This document shows positions 37,646-50,055 of a stretch of 63,768 bases of DNA, piece by piece (within the stretch, counting starts at the first letter, position 1; every line of letters starts with the position of its first letter). The stretch covers positions 59,097,270 through 59,161,037 of the forward strand of contig NC_068982.1 in the NCBI RefSeq assembly GCF_001194135.2, in the 5' to 3' direction. Made by a program: the position numbers and the translations under genes. The notes beneath the pieces were generated by a model. It did no database searches. It was not told the DNA's origin and worked only from the letters and a program-made list of their open reading frames with translations. Source of the DNA: Octopus bimaculoides. Its lineage: Eukaryota.

Positions 37646-39407
37646 CTATAAAAGAATAGAAGTTCTCTTAGTAGAAAGGCTAGACTGACATCTGATGGAT
37701 TTTTACAAAGAATATAGACATTAATGTATTGCAATTATTCTTGTATAATCTTTGTTCTCATATTTTGTGCATGTGTGTGCAATTGTGTATATCTGTTTAT
37801 ATATGTATATAAGCATATATGTGTGTATGTGTGTGTGTATATATATATATATATATACTTATATATGTATGTGTGTATATATATATATATATGTGTGTGT
37901 ATTATATATATGTATGCCAAAAATTTTTCCCAAATTATAAGACCTCTCAAAGCTAGACCAAACATTTCAAGAAGATTCTTATTTTGGCCTTCCCACTCCA
38001 TCTACGATCTCATCTGGATTTTTCTCAAAAGGAAAGGTTAAATACATTCTTAAATGAACATACATTCATGATGAACATTTACATCTACACGTAAATACAA
38101 ACACATATATATCTTAACTTATATATGCACACACTCACAAATATTCCTTCATACATACGTGTAGATGGACATAGACAAATAGATAGATAGATAGGTAGAA
38201 AGAGAGACAAAATATATAGCAAACTGCATCAAAATTGCAGATGCTTGGTAAAGGGTGTACGTATATGTACATATATGTGTGTGTATAAATATATGTATAT
38301 ATATGGGTGTGTGTGTGTGTATGTGTATTACCATTCATTCTTTTCTGATATCATGGTATCTGTGCATTCCCCCCCCCCCCGCTCTCTTTCTCTTTCACTC
38401 TTTTTTTTAAGCCTGAACTTCACTGAGATATGCTATCAGGAGGGTCTGAACACTAAAATACAATAAATTAAGCAGAGAATTTGAAGACTATGTTCTTTGT
38501 TCTATTCTTCAACCATCTCAGTACATTACTGCTCCAGATATACTCATTTGATGTAGCATTGACACACACACATCAAACACTCTCATAAACAGGCAGTATG
38601 AAACGATACTTCATATATATATATATANNNNNNNNNNNNNNNNNNNNNNNNNNNNNNNNNNNNNNNNNNNNNNNNNNNNNNNNNNNNNNNNNNNNNNNNN
38701 NNNNNNNNNNNNNNNNNNNNNNNNNNNNNNNNNNNNNNNNNNNNNNNNNNNNNNNNNNNNNNNNNNNNNNNNNNNNNNNNNNNNNNNNNNNNNNNNNNNN
38801 NNNNNNNNNNNNNNNNNNNNNNNNNNNNNNNNNNNNNNNNNNNNNNNNNNNNNNNNNNNNNNNNNNNNNNNNNNNNNNNNNNNNNNNNNNNNNNNNNNNN
38901 NNNNNNNNNNNNNNNNNNNNNNNNNNNNNNNNNNNNNNNNNNNNNNNNNNNNNNNNNNNNNNNNNNNNNNNNNNNNNNNNNNNNNNNNNNNNNNNNNNNN
39001 NNNNNNNNNNNNNNNNNNNNNNNNNNNNNNNNNNNNNNNNNNNNNNNNNNNNNNNNNNNNNNNNNNNNNNNNNNNNNNNNNNNNNNNNNNNNNNNNNNNN
39101 NNNNNNNNNNNNNNNNNNNNNNNNNNNNNNNNNNNNNNNNNNNNNNNNNNNNNNNNNNNNNNNNNNNNNNNNNNNNNNNNNNNNNNNNNNNNNNNNNNNN
39201 NNNNNNNNNNNNNNNNNNNNNNNNNNNNNNNNNNNNNNNNNNNNNNNNNNNNNNNNNNNNNNNNNNNNNNNNNNNNNNNNNNNNNNNNNNNNNNNNNNNN
39301 NNNNNNNNNNNNNNNNNNNNNNNNNNNNNNNNNNNNNNNNNNNNNNNNNNNNNNNNNNNNNNNNNNNNNNNNNNNNNNNNNNNNNNNNNNNNNNNNNNNN
39401 NNNNNNN

Positions 39408-39700
39408 GAAGAGCCTAGGCTCAAAATATCAAAAACTTTTCCATTCTTCCTGAGTGTTAAACTAATACGCCTGCTTACTGTTCCTTCACCTGTCTTCGTC
39501 TTTTGTTTTCTGTAAATTTGAACAATATATATATATATATATATATATGGTAGAAAAACAGAAAAACAAAATACGAAGGCAGGTGTATAAACAACAAGCA
39601 GGTGTATTAGTTTGACGCTCGGGAAAGTGAGAAAGTCTTTTATGTTTCGAGCCTACACTCTTCAACAGAAACGAATAAGAGAAAATGAACAGAAGCAGAA
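39408..39700. mobile_element. Inverted pair of a Penelope-like terminal repeat flanking (TA)n
   Basis: 39408-39524(+) and 39549-39670(-) are homologous (GAAGAG..TAGGCTC.AAA...AAACTAATAC.CCTGCTT...CACCTG.CTTCGT.TTTTGTTTT). Both 3' ends meet the same TA run, and both carry decayed CUGAAGAG...CUCGAAAC cores. Confidence 0.7.
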
Positions 39701-39774
39701 TTAAAAACTTGTGGATTTAGCGATCAAGCATGGCAACTGGTTGGGATATATATACATATGTATATTATAGAAAA

Positions 39775-40700
39775 AATAGTCAAGTAAATGAATGGAAACT
39801 TTAATAGTGAGCGTGTTAAATAATAAGGCACTAAAAGAGCATGACTCATCCCAGACACAACAAAATATGCTTCAACTCACGAAGTCACATAAAGAATTTT
39901 GCAAACGAAATCCCAAAACGAAATATTTATATTTCAAACACACCAGAAAAACACAGCAAATAGGAAATTTATCAAAAACGCAATAAACAGAAAATTCGTA
40001 GCTAATTCCTCATCAGTCAACGTCCGAAAGATCCTTATAATATCATGCCCTTTATCGTTGATATGGTTCACTTTTGTTGGCACCAGTATTAAAAAACCCA
40101 CTGGAAATAGCTAACGAATGTACAGAACAATGACGAAAACGAACAGGACAAAATAAAATAGTTATAATAATTATACATATATAACAAAAAGAGCCATGTG
40201 GCTATCAGATAGGGGAATATGGGTAATGCAAAGAGAAAATGAAAATGTCCTGTGGGACGAGAAAGGAGTAGATAGTCAGAATGAAAGAAGAATTAATCAA
40301 ACCGTGTAAGAAAAGGATGTAGGAATGCAAAGAAGCGTGACTGTACCTGTCAATGGGAAAATGAAAAAAAAAATAGAGAGAGGATTAAATGGTGACATGG
40401 GAGGAGGGGGAAAAAGTCGTTAAGGGCAGAGGGATAGAAGCAACAGAGAAGAGTATTAGGGAGGGGAAGAGAAAGAAGAGGAGGTAAACGAGGGGAAAAG
40501 AAAGAGACAGAAATCGATGTAGCATAAAAATATTCCAAGAATATTCTACAAATGAGTAAAAAAAAAAAAAAATGAGTGCATAGCATTACATAAATAATAC
40601 TTCTAAGATTTAGCAAAATCACAACAAATGGAAAATTTAACAAAAACATAACAAACAGAGAATTTAACAAAAACGTAACAAACAGAAAATTCGTAGCTAC
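39775..40700 (-). mobile_element. Probable Penelope-like non-coding remnant with partial direct repeat
   Basis: A direct repeat AAATTTA(A/T)CAAAAACG.AA(C/T)AAACAGAAAATTCGTAGCTA lies at about 39965-40004 and 40660-40699. There are 27-bp tandem units at 40623-40700 and a CUGAUGAG half-core at 40016-40009(-). The element ends at a TA-rich tract. Confidence 0.45.
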
Positions 40701-40739
40701 AAATTTGTGGTTGGAGCAAATTCCCTGCCAGACCAAGGG

Positions 40740-41065
40740 TGACATAGTGGTAGAACAATGACTTTGACAGGGCCATAAAAGAGAAAAGCTGGGCCTGGAA
40801 AGAGTGGTAAAGAATCTTATCAAGTCTATCTAGCTAGGATAGAAGCAGAACAGAAGGGGCTTGCCAACGTCCTACAGCATGAAGATCAGAGACTTGAAGT
40901 GTTCCTCATTGCCAGATAGTGTGTCAGTGAGAATCAGGATATTGTAGGAGAGAAGTGTATGCGGATAGATAATGGTATGCTAGCACTCAATGGTGTGGAC
41001 AAGAAAGAAGTGTAGAAAAGTTACTATGTGAGACTGTTGAATGTAGGGAGTGTAGGGATAAAGAG
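40740..41065 (+). pseudogene. RTE LINE ORF fragment (between endonuclease and RT)
   Basis: W*NNDFDRAIKEK..AWKEW...EDQRLEVFLIAR*CVSENQDIVGEKCMRIDNGMLAL...YYVRLLN matches the RTE WWN..V..A.KEK / VFRIARQ...ENQD.VGEKC.R pattern. Confidence 0.8.
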
Positions 41066-41269
41066 ATTCATGTGAGCCCAACAGAGGGACCAGCTATTTT
41101 AGTGGACAGCAGTGTGGTAGATAAGGCAACTAAAAACACGTAAACTGGGAAAGCCCCCGGTCTATCCAAAATCACAGCTGGGATGCAACAGCCACGCTCG
41201 AAATGGTGTATTTTACGTGTCACCTGCACAGGAGCCAGTTCTGGCAACGATATATATATATATATGCTG

Positions 41270-41599
41270 AGACCCCCTTTGGTCATGACTGACCATGGGA
41301 TTACACCTAGAAAGTTACCCTCTGAGGCACAAGTCCAGGCAAGATTGTTTATGGAAGACCAGCAGTCGCCCATGCATACCGGCCTCCCCTCTCCAGGCCA
41401 CCTGTGTTATCCAAAGGAAAGGCAAAGGCCGATACAGCTTGGCACCTGTGTCATCGCAAGGCATTTCTACAGCTGAGTGAACTGGAGCAACGTGAAATAA
41501 AGTGTCTTGCTCAAGAACACAACACGCAGCCCGGTCCAGAATTTGAACTCATAACCTCGCGATCGTAAGCTTGATGCTCTAACCACTGAGCCATGCACC

Positions 41600-41602
<3 letters not shown>
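41270..41602 (-). mobile_element. tRNA-derived SINE-D, full length
   Basis: A box TGGCTCAGTGG, B box GAGTTCAAATTC, CORE-like TTCTTGAGCAAGACACTTTATTTCAC, and GGTCATGACCAAAGGGGGTCTC end. Confidence 0.9.
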
Positions 41603-41652
<50 letters not shown>

Positions 41653-41670
41653 GTCTGTCTGTCTGTATTG

Positions 41671-41702
<32 letters not shown>

Positions 41703-41957
41703 CACACACTCAAAGATAAGCACACACATATACAAGCACATGTATGTTTTTTTGTTTTGGTTTCCAAATTCCCCTAATATGCAGTCTTTAAGATACAAGA
41801 CATGAAATTAATCTGAAAGAAATTGAATCTTGCATTCTTCTGTAGCATTATCATTATACAATAGAGGTTTCACTATTTTTATAGTGATTTGTAATGTTTA
41901 CATGTTTATGACTAATTTTCATTTCCATAGAAATTTTAATGATTGATATGCAACAAA

Positions 41958-42010
<53 letters not shown>

Positions 42011-43559
42011 ATATACACACACATACATGCACACATGCATACATACATGTTTGTGTGCATGAGTATATGTATGAATGTATATTATGTATATGTACACACA
42101 CTCATAAATACATATACTTTTTATATGCAGATGTCTCTTTATGTGTGTGTGTGTGTGTATATATACATATATATATATACATTTATGTATGTATGTATAT
42201 ATATATAAATAAGTGTGTGAGTGCATGAGTGTGCATGTATGTGTGTGTGTGTGTATCTATACATGTACATGTACACATAAATATATATATATATATTTAA
42301 ATGTGCATACACAGGCAAATACATATACACTTAAATATTTACTAATACAGCTACCCATATACATAAATATACTACACACATACGCATACAGGCAGACACA
42401 TCAATGTGCATGCATATCTTTATCGTCTTAGCTGCTCTTCTGAATGTCATTAGAATATCTTTATAGTTTTTAGAATACAATTATTTGAGCATGTGATATC
42501 TTCATGTGATCTTTATAATGGTAGTGTGCTTACTAAGTACCGTAAACAATATCTTTATGATACAAACATACATAGTAAATTGCAATAAATGCAATATTTT
42601 CACAGCACAATAAAAATTTCATTGTAGTTGAGGGGGTGAGTTTGGAAGCAGTGTGCTCATTTGCAGCCTTCTGCTGTGTGTTTGAAATAACTAATAGGTC
42701 ACCTCAGCTTTTGCAAATATTTATCTTTAAATTGTTAAAGTAAATNNNNNNNNNNNNNNNNNNNNNNNNNNNNNNNNNNNNNNNNNNNNNNNNNNNNNNN
42801 NNNNNNNNNNNNNNNNNNNNNNNNNNNNNNNNNNNNNNNNNNNNNNNNNNNNNNNNNNNNNNNNNNNNNNNNNNNNNNNNNNNNNNNNNNNNNNNNNNNN
42901 NNNNNNNNNNNNNNNNNNNNNNNNNNNNNNNNNNNNNNNNNNNNNNNNNNNNNNNNNNNNNNNNNNNNNNNNNNNNNNNNNNNNNNNNNNNNNNNNNNNN
43001 NNNNNNNNNNNNNNNNNNNNNNNNNNNNNNNNNNNNNNNNNNNNNNNNNNNNNNNNNNNNNNNNNNNNNNNNNNNNNNNNNNNNNNNNNNNNNNNNNNNN
43101 NNNNNNNNNNNNNNNNNNNNNNNNNNNNNNNNNNNNNNNNNNNNNNNNNNNNNNNNNNNNNNNNNNNNNNNNNNNNNNNNNNNNNNNNNNNNNNNNNNNN
43201 NNNNNNNNNNNNNNNNNNNNNNNNNNNNNNNNNNNNNNNNNNNNNNNNNNNNNNNNNNNNNNNNNNNNNNNNNNNNNNNNNNNNNNNNNNNNNNTTTTTC
43301 ATCCAAAAAGTTATTTCAAAGCATTTCATTTAGTAATTACCACAAATCACAAAATTAAAGTGTTTATAGTTCTTATTTTTCATGTTGCTATACAATTTGT
43401 TTCATACAAAAAGACTCAGGTATTCATAAATAGAAAATTGTAATAATCATATTTGTACTCGTCAGTAGCTGGTATAAAAACTAAAAAAGATGTTAGAAGT
43501 ACATAGATTTTCTCTTAGTTATCATTTTAGGATTAATGTATTCATTCTTAAAGTCAAGC

Positions 43560-43615
<56 letters not shown>

Positions 43616-45104
43616 GGCTGTATGGGTATGTATACACATAAGTGTATGTGTATATGTGTATTGCTATGTAGTTACAAAAGAATTTGAGTGTACATATTTT
43701 TATATCTGTGTTGTTAGTCTATCTACGTTTGTATAGGCAAATTTATGCATGCCTGCATTATTTCCATAAAATATCCTTGTATATTAATTATTGTCTCCCC
43801 TACAGTACAACAAACTGCTACAGCCCTCTTTTTTTAGTTCACTTTTTCCTTTCTGACGAAGGCCAGTCAGGTGGTACTGGCAACAGCCACACTCAAAATG
43901 GTGTATTTTACGTTCCACATGCACAGGAACCAGTCCAGGGGCACTGGCAGCAAGCTCGCTTGAATGTCTTTACACGTGCCACCGGCACAAGTGCCAGGAA
44001 GGCGACGCTGGGCACAGGTGCCATCACGATTTTGCTTTTGCTTGCCCCAACAGGTCTTCATTATAAGGAATTCATTATAACAGGTGTTCATATTATAAGG
44101 AATTGTGTAAAAATAATCATTAGAATAGTTTGTGAATAACCAATTGTGTGTATAACAAAATTAATTGATGACAAACTTTAACAACAAAATCTTATATGGA
44201 CTCTCAAGAGTCAGTTGAGAACTACTGCTTTGAAATTTGCTAGGACTTGTATCCACACCATACTCAGTTTGAAAAGAACACCAGCAACAACTACACCAAT
44301 AACAATAATAACAACCACAACAAAATGAAAGATATGAGGTAAAAAGAGATATCTCTACTTCTTTCTTAGCATCTCTCTTCTTCATCTTGTGCCATTATGA
44401 GAAAGCCTAAAATCCCAAACTCTGTCTTGTTTCTTATATATTGCTACTTAGTATGGCAGGACATTTGAAAAGCAACAAATTTTGTTACATAAACAACAAA
44501 TGGCTTGTTGTGAATAATGTTACAACTCGATGTCATCACCATAGCAACAAGTGATGTTGCAAAATAACCTCCATCACACAGTATTGCTTAACAACAAGAA
44601 CATCAACAACAACAACAACAATGATAACAACCACAACAACAGCAACAACAATTATAAAACAGCTCAGTTCTTGCACATTTTAGGACAACAGATTATGACA
44701 ATAACGATACTAAGAATAGCAAGTGTAGAAAGAATGGTGCTTTATTTATTTATAATGTGGCGGCAGCCGTGGTGGTGGTGGTGGTGGTGTTGGTGGGAGT
44801 GGCGGTGGTGGTGGTGGTGGCGATGGTGGGTTGTGGTGACCATAAAAATAAGGAAGAGATAAATTAAGAATGAATGAATTAGCGACAGAAAAACTGTAGA
44901 AGAATTGGAAGTAGACAAAAAGGAAGCAGGTAGAAGACAAGAAAGTTATATNNNNNNNNNNNNNNNNNNNNNNNNNNNNNNNNNNNNNNNNNNNNNNNNN
45001 NNNNNNNNNNNNNNNNNNNNNNNNNNNNNNNNNNNNNNNNNNNNNNNNNNNNNNNNNNNNNNNNNNNNNNNNNNNNNNNNNNNNNNNNNNNNNNNNNNNN
45101 NNNN

Positions 45105-45150
<46 letters not shown>

Positions 45151-45191
45151 GCATATATACATACATATACATACATATATACATATACTTA

Positions 45192-45226
<35 letters not shown>

Positions 45227-45619
45227 GTACATATATTGGCTTGAGCATGGATGTGGTTGAGAAGGTTGCTTCTCAATCACGTGGTCTCAGGTTCAGTTCC
45301 CCTGCACAGTACCTTATGTTATCACTTAGGTGGTAATCAATGTTTATAACTATGGAGGAAACATGTTTAGCTGTTGTTTTAGTAGTTCATTATATGCAAT
45401 AGCACAGACATGTATAATTTACACCAAAACAAGTAAGGTATGTCCACAAGAAGGCTATGCAGCTATAGACCACTGACCGAAAAAAGTTTTGTCCAACCCA
45501 TGCAAGCAAAGAAAAAAACTAGCATAAAAATGATGGTGATGATGACATTGATGATAGATAAATAGATACACATATATACATACATGCAAACATACATACA
45601 TATATATACATATATATAT

Positions 45620-45840
45620 GTATAAATAATACAAAATGGGACAAGGACGTAAAACATTCAGACAGTTAGGTGATACACGAAAGGGACAAAACATACAGAT
45701 AGACGATATAAAGAAAACATGGACAGGTCATTCGGAGTTTTCTCTCTTCAGTCGAGATCCAGATTATCCTTGCAATTTCGGCTGGTTATTCTCAATATTG
45801 CTCCAATCTGGCCAGCCCCAAGGAAAAAACTAAGCTAAGA
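45620..45840 (-). mobile_element. Repeat ending at (TA)n with a degenerate hammerhead-like core
   Basis: The minus strand reads CUGAAGA-GAG-aaaa-CUC-CGAAUGACCUGUC (45751-45722), followed by a pyrimidine-rich tail into a TA microsatellite. Confidence 0.4.
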
Positions 45841-45967
45841 GTGGAAAAATTGACAGATAGGCATCAATTTATTAACACAACTCCAGTTTTGAATAACATT
45901 AATTTCTTATAACCTACGATTTGTATATTTATAAAATGAATACCCAGCATATATACTCAGATCAGCT

Positions 45968-46352
45968 GTTGTTGTTGGCACTCCGTCGCTTACAACATCG
46001 AGGGTTCCAGTTGATCCGATCAACGGAACAGCCTGCTTGCGAAATTAACGTGCAAGTGGCTAAGCACTCCACAGACACGTGTACCCTTAACGTACTTCTC
46101 TGGGATATTCAGCATGACACAGTGTGACAAGGCTGGCCCTTTGAATTACAGGCACAACAGAAACAGGAAGTAAGAGTGAGAGAAAGTTGTGGTGAGAGAG
46201 TACAGCAGGGTTCGCCACCATCCCCTGCTGGAGCCTCGTGGAGCTTTAGGTGTTTTCACTCAATAAACACTCACAACGCCCGGTCTGGGAATCGAAACCG
46301 CGATCCTATGACCGCGAGTCCGCTGCCCTAACCACTGGGCCATTGTGCCTCC
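45968..46352 (-). mobile_element. tRNA-derived SINE-E, full length with 13-bp TSD
   Basis: Head GGAGGCACAATGGCCCAGTGG...GGTTTCGATTCC and (CAA)n tail. TSD ACTCAGATCAGCT at 45955-45967 and 46353-46365. Confidence 0.92.
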
Positions 46353-46422
46353 ACTCAGATCAGCTATTCAGCCTTTGATGAGAAATTTTTGAATCTTGAC
46401 CTCCTTTACTCACAATCTACTG

Positions 46423-46750
46423 TAGCGGTTCTCGATCAGGTTCCACATAAGATTTTTGGGGTCAATGCAACAAAATAGTAAATTAGGGATCCACAATAAT
46501 ATTTTAAGGGCTCCTGAAAAACTTTTGCTTTAGATGTATGTATTGGGATGTATTACAAGAAACAGCTAGGTTTCTTTCTCTTATGTTTTACATAGTTCAA
46601 CCTACATAAATTCATGCGTGAAAAACAAAATATGAATTTTGAAAGAAGTTTCTATAAAACTAGTTTTAAGCATCAAATAGATATGGGGGTCTCCCAGAAT
46701 AAAATAGTATTTAAAGGGGTCGATAGATAAAAGATGTTTGAGAAACCCTG
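46423..46750. mobile_element. hAT MITE, 328 bp
   Basis: TIRs TAGCGGTTCTC and GAGAAACCCTG. Perfect 8-bp TSD ATCTACTG at 46415-22 and 46751-58. Confidence 0.88.
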
Positions 46751-47499
46751 ATCTACTGTCATTAGGATTACCTTGATTCCATATATTATTTCTAACCAAA
46801 ATTCCCATCTGGCCTCTTAGTCACCACCCATAGAAGATGGAATTGCAGTGAGCAGAAGGTATTATTCTTTTGCCCCAACTCTCCTCAGGCCTCATCGTCC
46901 TTCTTAAAACAAGAACCGGTAAGCGATATATTGGATCAAGTTATCAAATTTACACTTCTGATGAGAATATATAACAGAAAGTGTGTGTCTAAATCTTCAG
47001 GCTGTGGCCTATCCCCTGTCTTTTCTTTCGTTTTTTTCTTTTTTTTTTTTTTGGCAGGGGATANNNNNNNNNNNNNNNNNNNNNNNNNNNNNNNNNNNNN
47101 NNNNNNNNNNNNNNNNNNNNNNNNNNNNNNNNNNNNNNNNNNNNNNNNNNNNNNNNNNNNNNNNNNNNNNNNNNNNNNNNNNNNNNNNNNNNNNNNNNNN
47201 NNNNNNNNNNNNNNNNNNNNNNNNGTTTATCTCAAAAACAACAGAAACTATTGAAGTGTTGTATTCAGTTTCCCAAGAGTTAAGAACCTGGTGAGGTAGA
47301 TTTTTTCCCTTTGACTTTCTCAAATTTCTTTCTTTTTGAGATAAACTAGAAATAAATCCATCAAGACATTCGTTTGGAGAAAGACTAAGAAGGCCACTGC
47401 AAAGCATCAAGACTTTAGGCTGTCTACCTTAACAGCTTGGGTGCCACGAGCTAGGTAAGAGATAAAGTTGGGCTATTTGACATCAGTCATGTGATCTCA

Positions 47500-47646
47500 A
47501 CAGTGTTGATCTTGTTTTTGTTGTTGTTGTTGTTGTTGTTGTTACTGATCTTCTTTTTTTCTTTTTTTCTTTTTCTTGATTTCCTCAGCTCACTTTCATC
47601 TTCCTTTTATTCCCTTTCTTTTTTTAACTCTGCCTTATCACCGTCC

Positions 47647-47681
<35 letters not shown>

Positions 47682-47900
47682 GTCACCACCACCACCACCA
47701 TCATCATCATCGTTGTCATCTTCATCATGGTTTTTATTATCATAGCCATCTTTTCCACTACCACCACCACCACCACTACCATCATCATCATCATCATCAT
47801 CACTGCTAACATTACCAAACTAACATCATCATCACCATTGTCATCAATAGCACCAATATCAAAATTACTCCCACATCATCATCATCATCATCACCATTTT
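47500..47900. repeat. (TTG)n, (CAT)n and (CAC)n compound microsatellite
   Basis: Direct reading. It is the source of the poly-His/Ser/Met ORFs. Confidence 0.9.
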
Positions 47901-48182
47901 GATCTCACCATGTTTGTTACTTAGAAGTTTAATAATCTCAATACTGACAAAATTCTCTTTGTCAGTGTGCATATTTGGCCAATGAAAATGCCTCAGTGTG
48001 GCTTGAACTTGAATGGATCGATTTAACCAAACTAAAGCTACCAAGATGGCAAATGACCAGAATCACCAACACATGAGACTAACTATTGCAGATCCATTAT
48101 TTACCTCCCTTAAATACAACAAAAGTCTTGATTAATTAAAGTTATAATATGTATCACATAAGACAGTGAGCTAGCAGGATTA

Positions 48183-48652
<470 letters not shown>

Positions 48653-48704
48653 GACAAAATGCTTAGCGTGATTTTCAATAGTGGTATTTCTGAATGGTAT
48701 TGCA

Positions 48705-49160
48705 ATATCTCATTGTGGAGGGAACCCGTGGAAGGGGTAGACCCAGGAAGATGTGGGACCAAGTGGTGAGAAAGGATCCTCAGACATTGGGCCTCAATGA
48801 CGAGATAACAAAGGACCAGGACTTGTGGTGATTTGCTGTACTTGAGAAGACATGCCAAGCTAAGTAAAATTGTGGCCATCCATACATACAGGCTTGTCCT
48901 TTATGGCCATGCCTCCACTCACTCTCCCAGTCAAGAGGTCACTGTCTTGCAGGTGCCAGTGCCACTTAAAAAAGCACTTGTGCTGGTGCCACATATAAAA
49001 GCACTCATTCTGGTGCCACATAGGAAGCACCCAGTACACTCTGTAGAGTGGCTGGAATTAGGAAGGGCATCCAGCCATAGAAACCATGTCAGAACAGACA
49101 ACTAGCCAGCTCCTGTTAAACCAATCACTCCGTGCCAGCATGGAAAATGGACGTTAAACT

Positions 49161-49198
<38 letters not shown>

Positions 49199-49200
49199 GA
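48705..49200 (+). mobile_element. RTE LINE 3' end: ORF terminus followed by family C 3' UTR
   Basis: LIVEGTRGRGRPRKMWDQVVRKDPQTLGLNDEITKDQDLW*FAVLEKTCQAK*, then GGTGCCAC.TAAAAAGCAC subrepeats, TTAGGAAGGGCATCCAGCC, GGACGTTAAAC and (TGA)n. Confidence 0.85.
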
Positions 49201-49509
49201 TGATGTATATCATCCGTCTTTATTCTCTGAGCTCAAATTTCACTGAGGATGACTTTGCCTTTCGTTTATTCAGGGTCAATAAAATAAATGCCAGTCAAGT
49301 ACTTTGGTCGATGTAATCAATGAGCCCCTCTCTCTTCTAAAACAGCTGCCCCTGTGTCACATTAAGCATGTAATCTCTGTAACACTTATTCCCTAAACAT
49401 ATTTAGTTTTGATTCTTTATGTTATGTATTCAAATCCAACCAAAGTTAATGATTCCTTTCATCACTCCAAGGGTCAATACATTAATACCAGTAATATATT
49501 AATATTAGT

Positions 49510-49814
49510 GAAGGCACATGGCTCAGTGGTTAGAGTGTCAGGCTCACAATCATGAGGTAGTGAGTTCGATTCCCGGACTTTATTTCACATTACTCCACTT
49601 CACTCAGCTGTAGTAATGAGTCTGGTGCAATGTCACTGGTGCCAAACTGTATCAGCCTTTGCCTTTCCCTTGAACAACATCGGTGGTGTTGAGAGGGGAG
49701 GCTGGTATTCATGAGCAACTGCTGCTCTTCCATAAACAATGTTGCCCAGACTTGTGCCTTGGAGGGTAACTTTCTAGGTGCAATCCCATGGTCATTCATG
49801 ACTGAAGAGGGCTT
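49510..49814 (+). mobile_element. SINE-D with internal deletion
   Basis: Matches the reverse complement of 41270-41602 but lacks about 35 bp after CCCGGACT. Confidence 0.85.
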
Positions 49815-49920
49815 TAAATCTATATTAATATCATTTCAAGCTTCTTCAACTTTATTGCATCCCCTTTAACTCTATTCTCTTATCAGCAATCTTTATATCT
49901 AACTTTTCATAGATAGTTCA

Positions 49921-50055
49921 TTAGAACACCAAATACTGCATTATTTACTTTGAGAAGACCTCTCATATGGATGCATGGTGCATAAAAGCACTCATATTTA
50001 TGAAACCATATGAAAGGTCCTCTCAAGATAAATAATGCAGTATTTGGCATTCTAA
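49921..50055. mobile_element. Small hairpin MITE-like element, 50-bp arms
   Basis: TTAGAACACCAAATACTGCATTATTTACTTTGAGAAGACCTCTCATATGG vs the inverted arm at 50006-50055, with six mismatches, all transitions, and a 35-nt spacer. Confidence 0.75.

Noticed and set aside
46945-47000. CTGATGAG...GAAAGTGTGTGTC, a possible CpG-decayed hammerhead
   Set aside because: None of the three stems pairs as written, so it is too degenerate to support.
47350-47454. 105-nt plus-strand exon candidate (NKSIKTFVWRK...WVPRA) with GTAAGA donor
   Set aside because: It needs the second AG after the pyrimidine tract, which is itself part of a 14-bp inverted repeat (47224/47333). It is not phase-compatible with the 46889 segment and the peptide is unrecognised.
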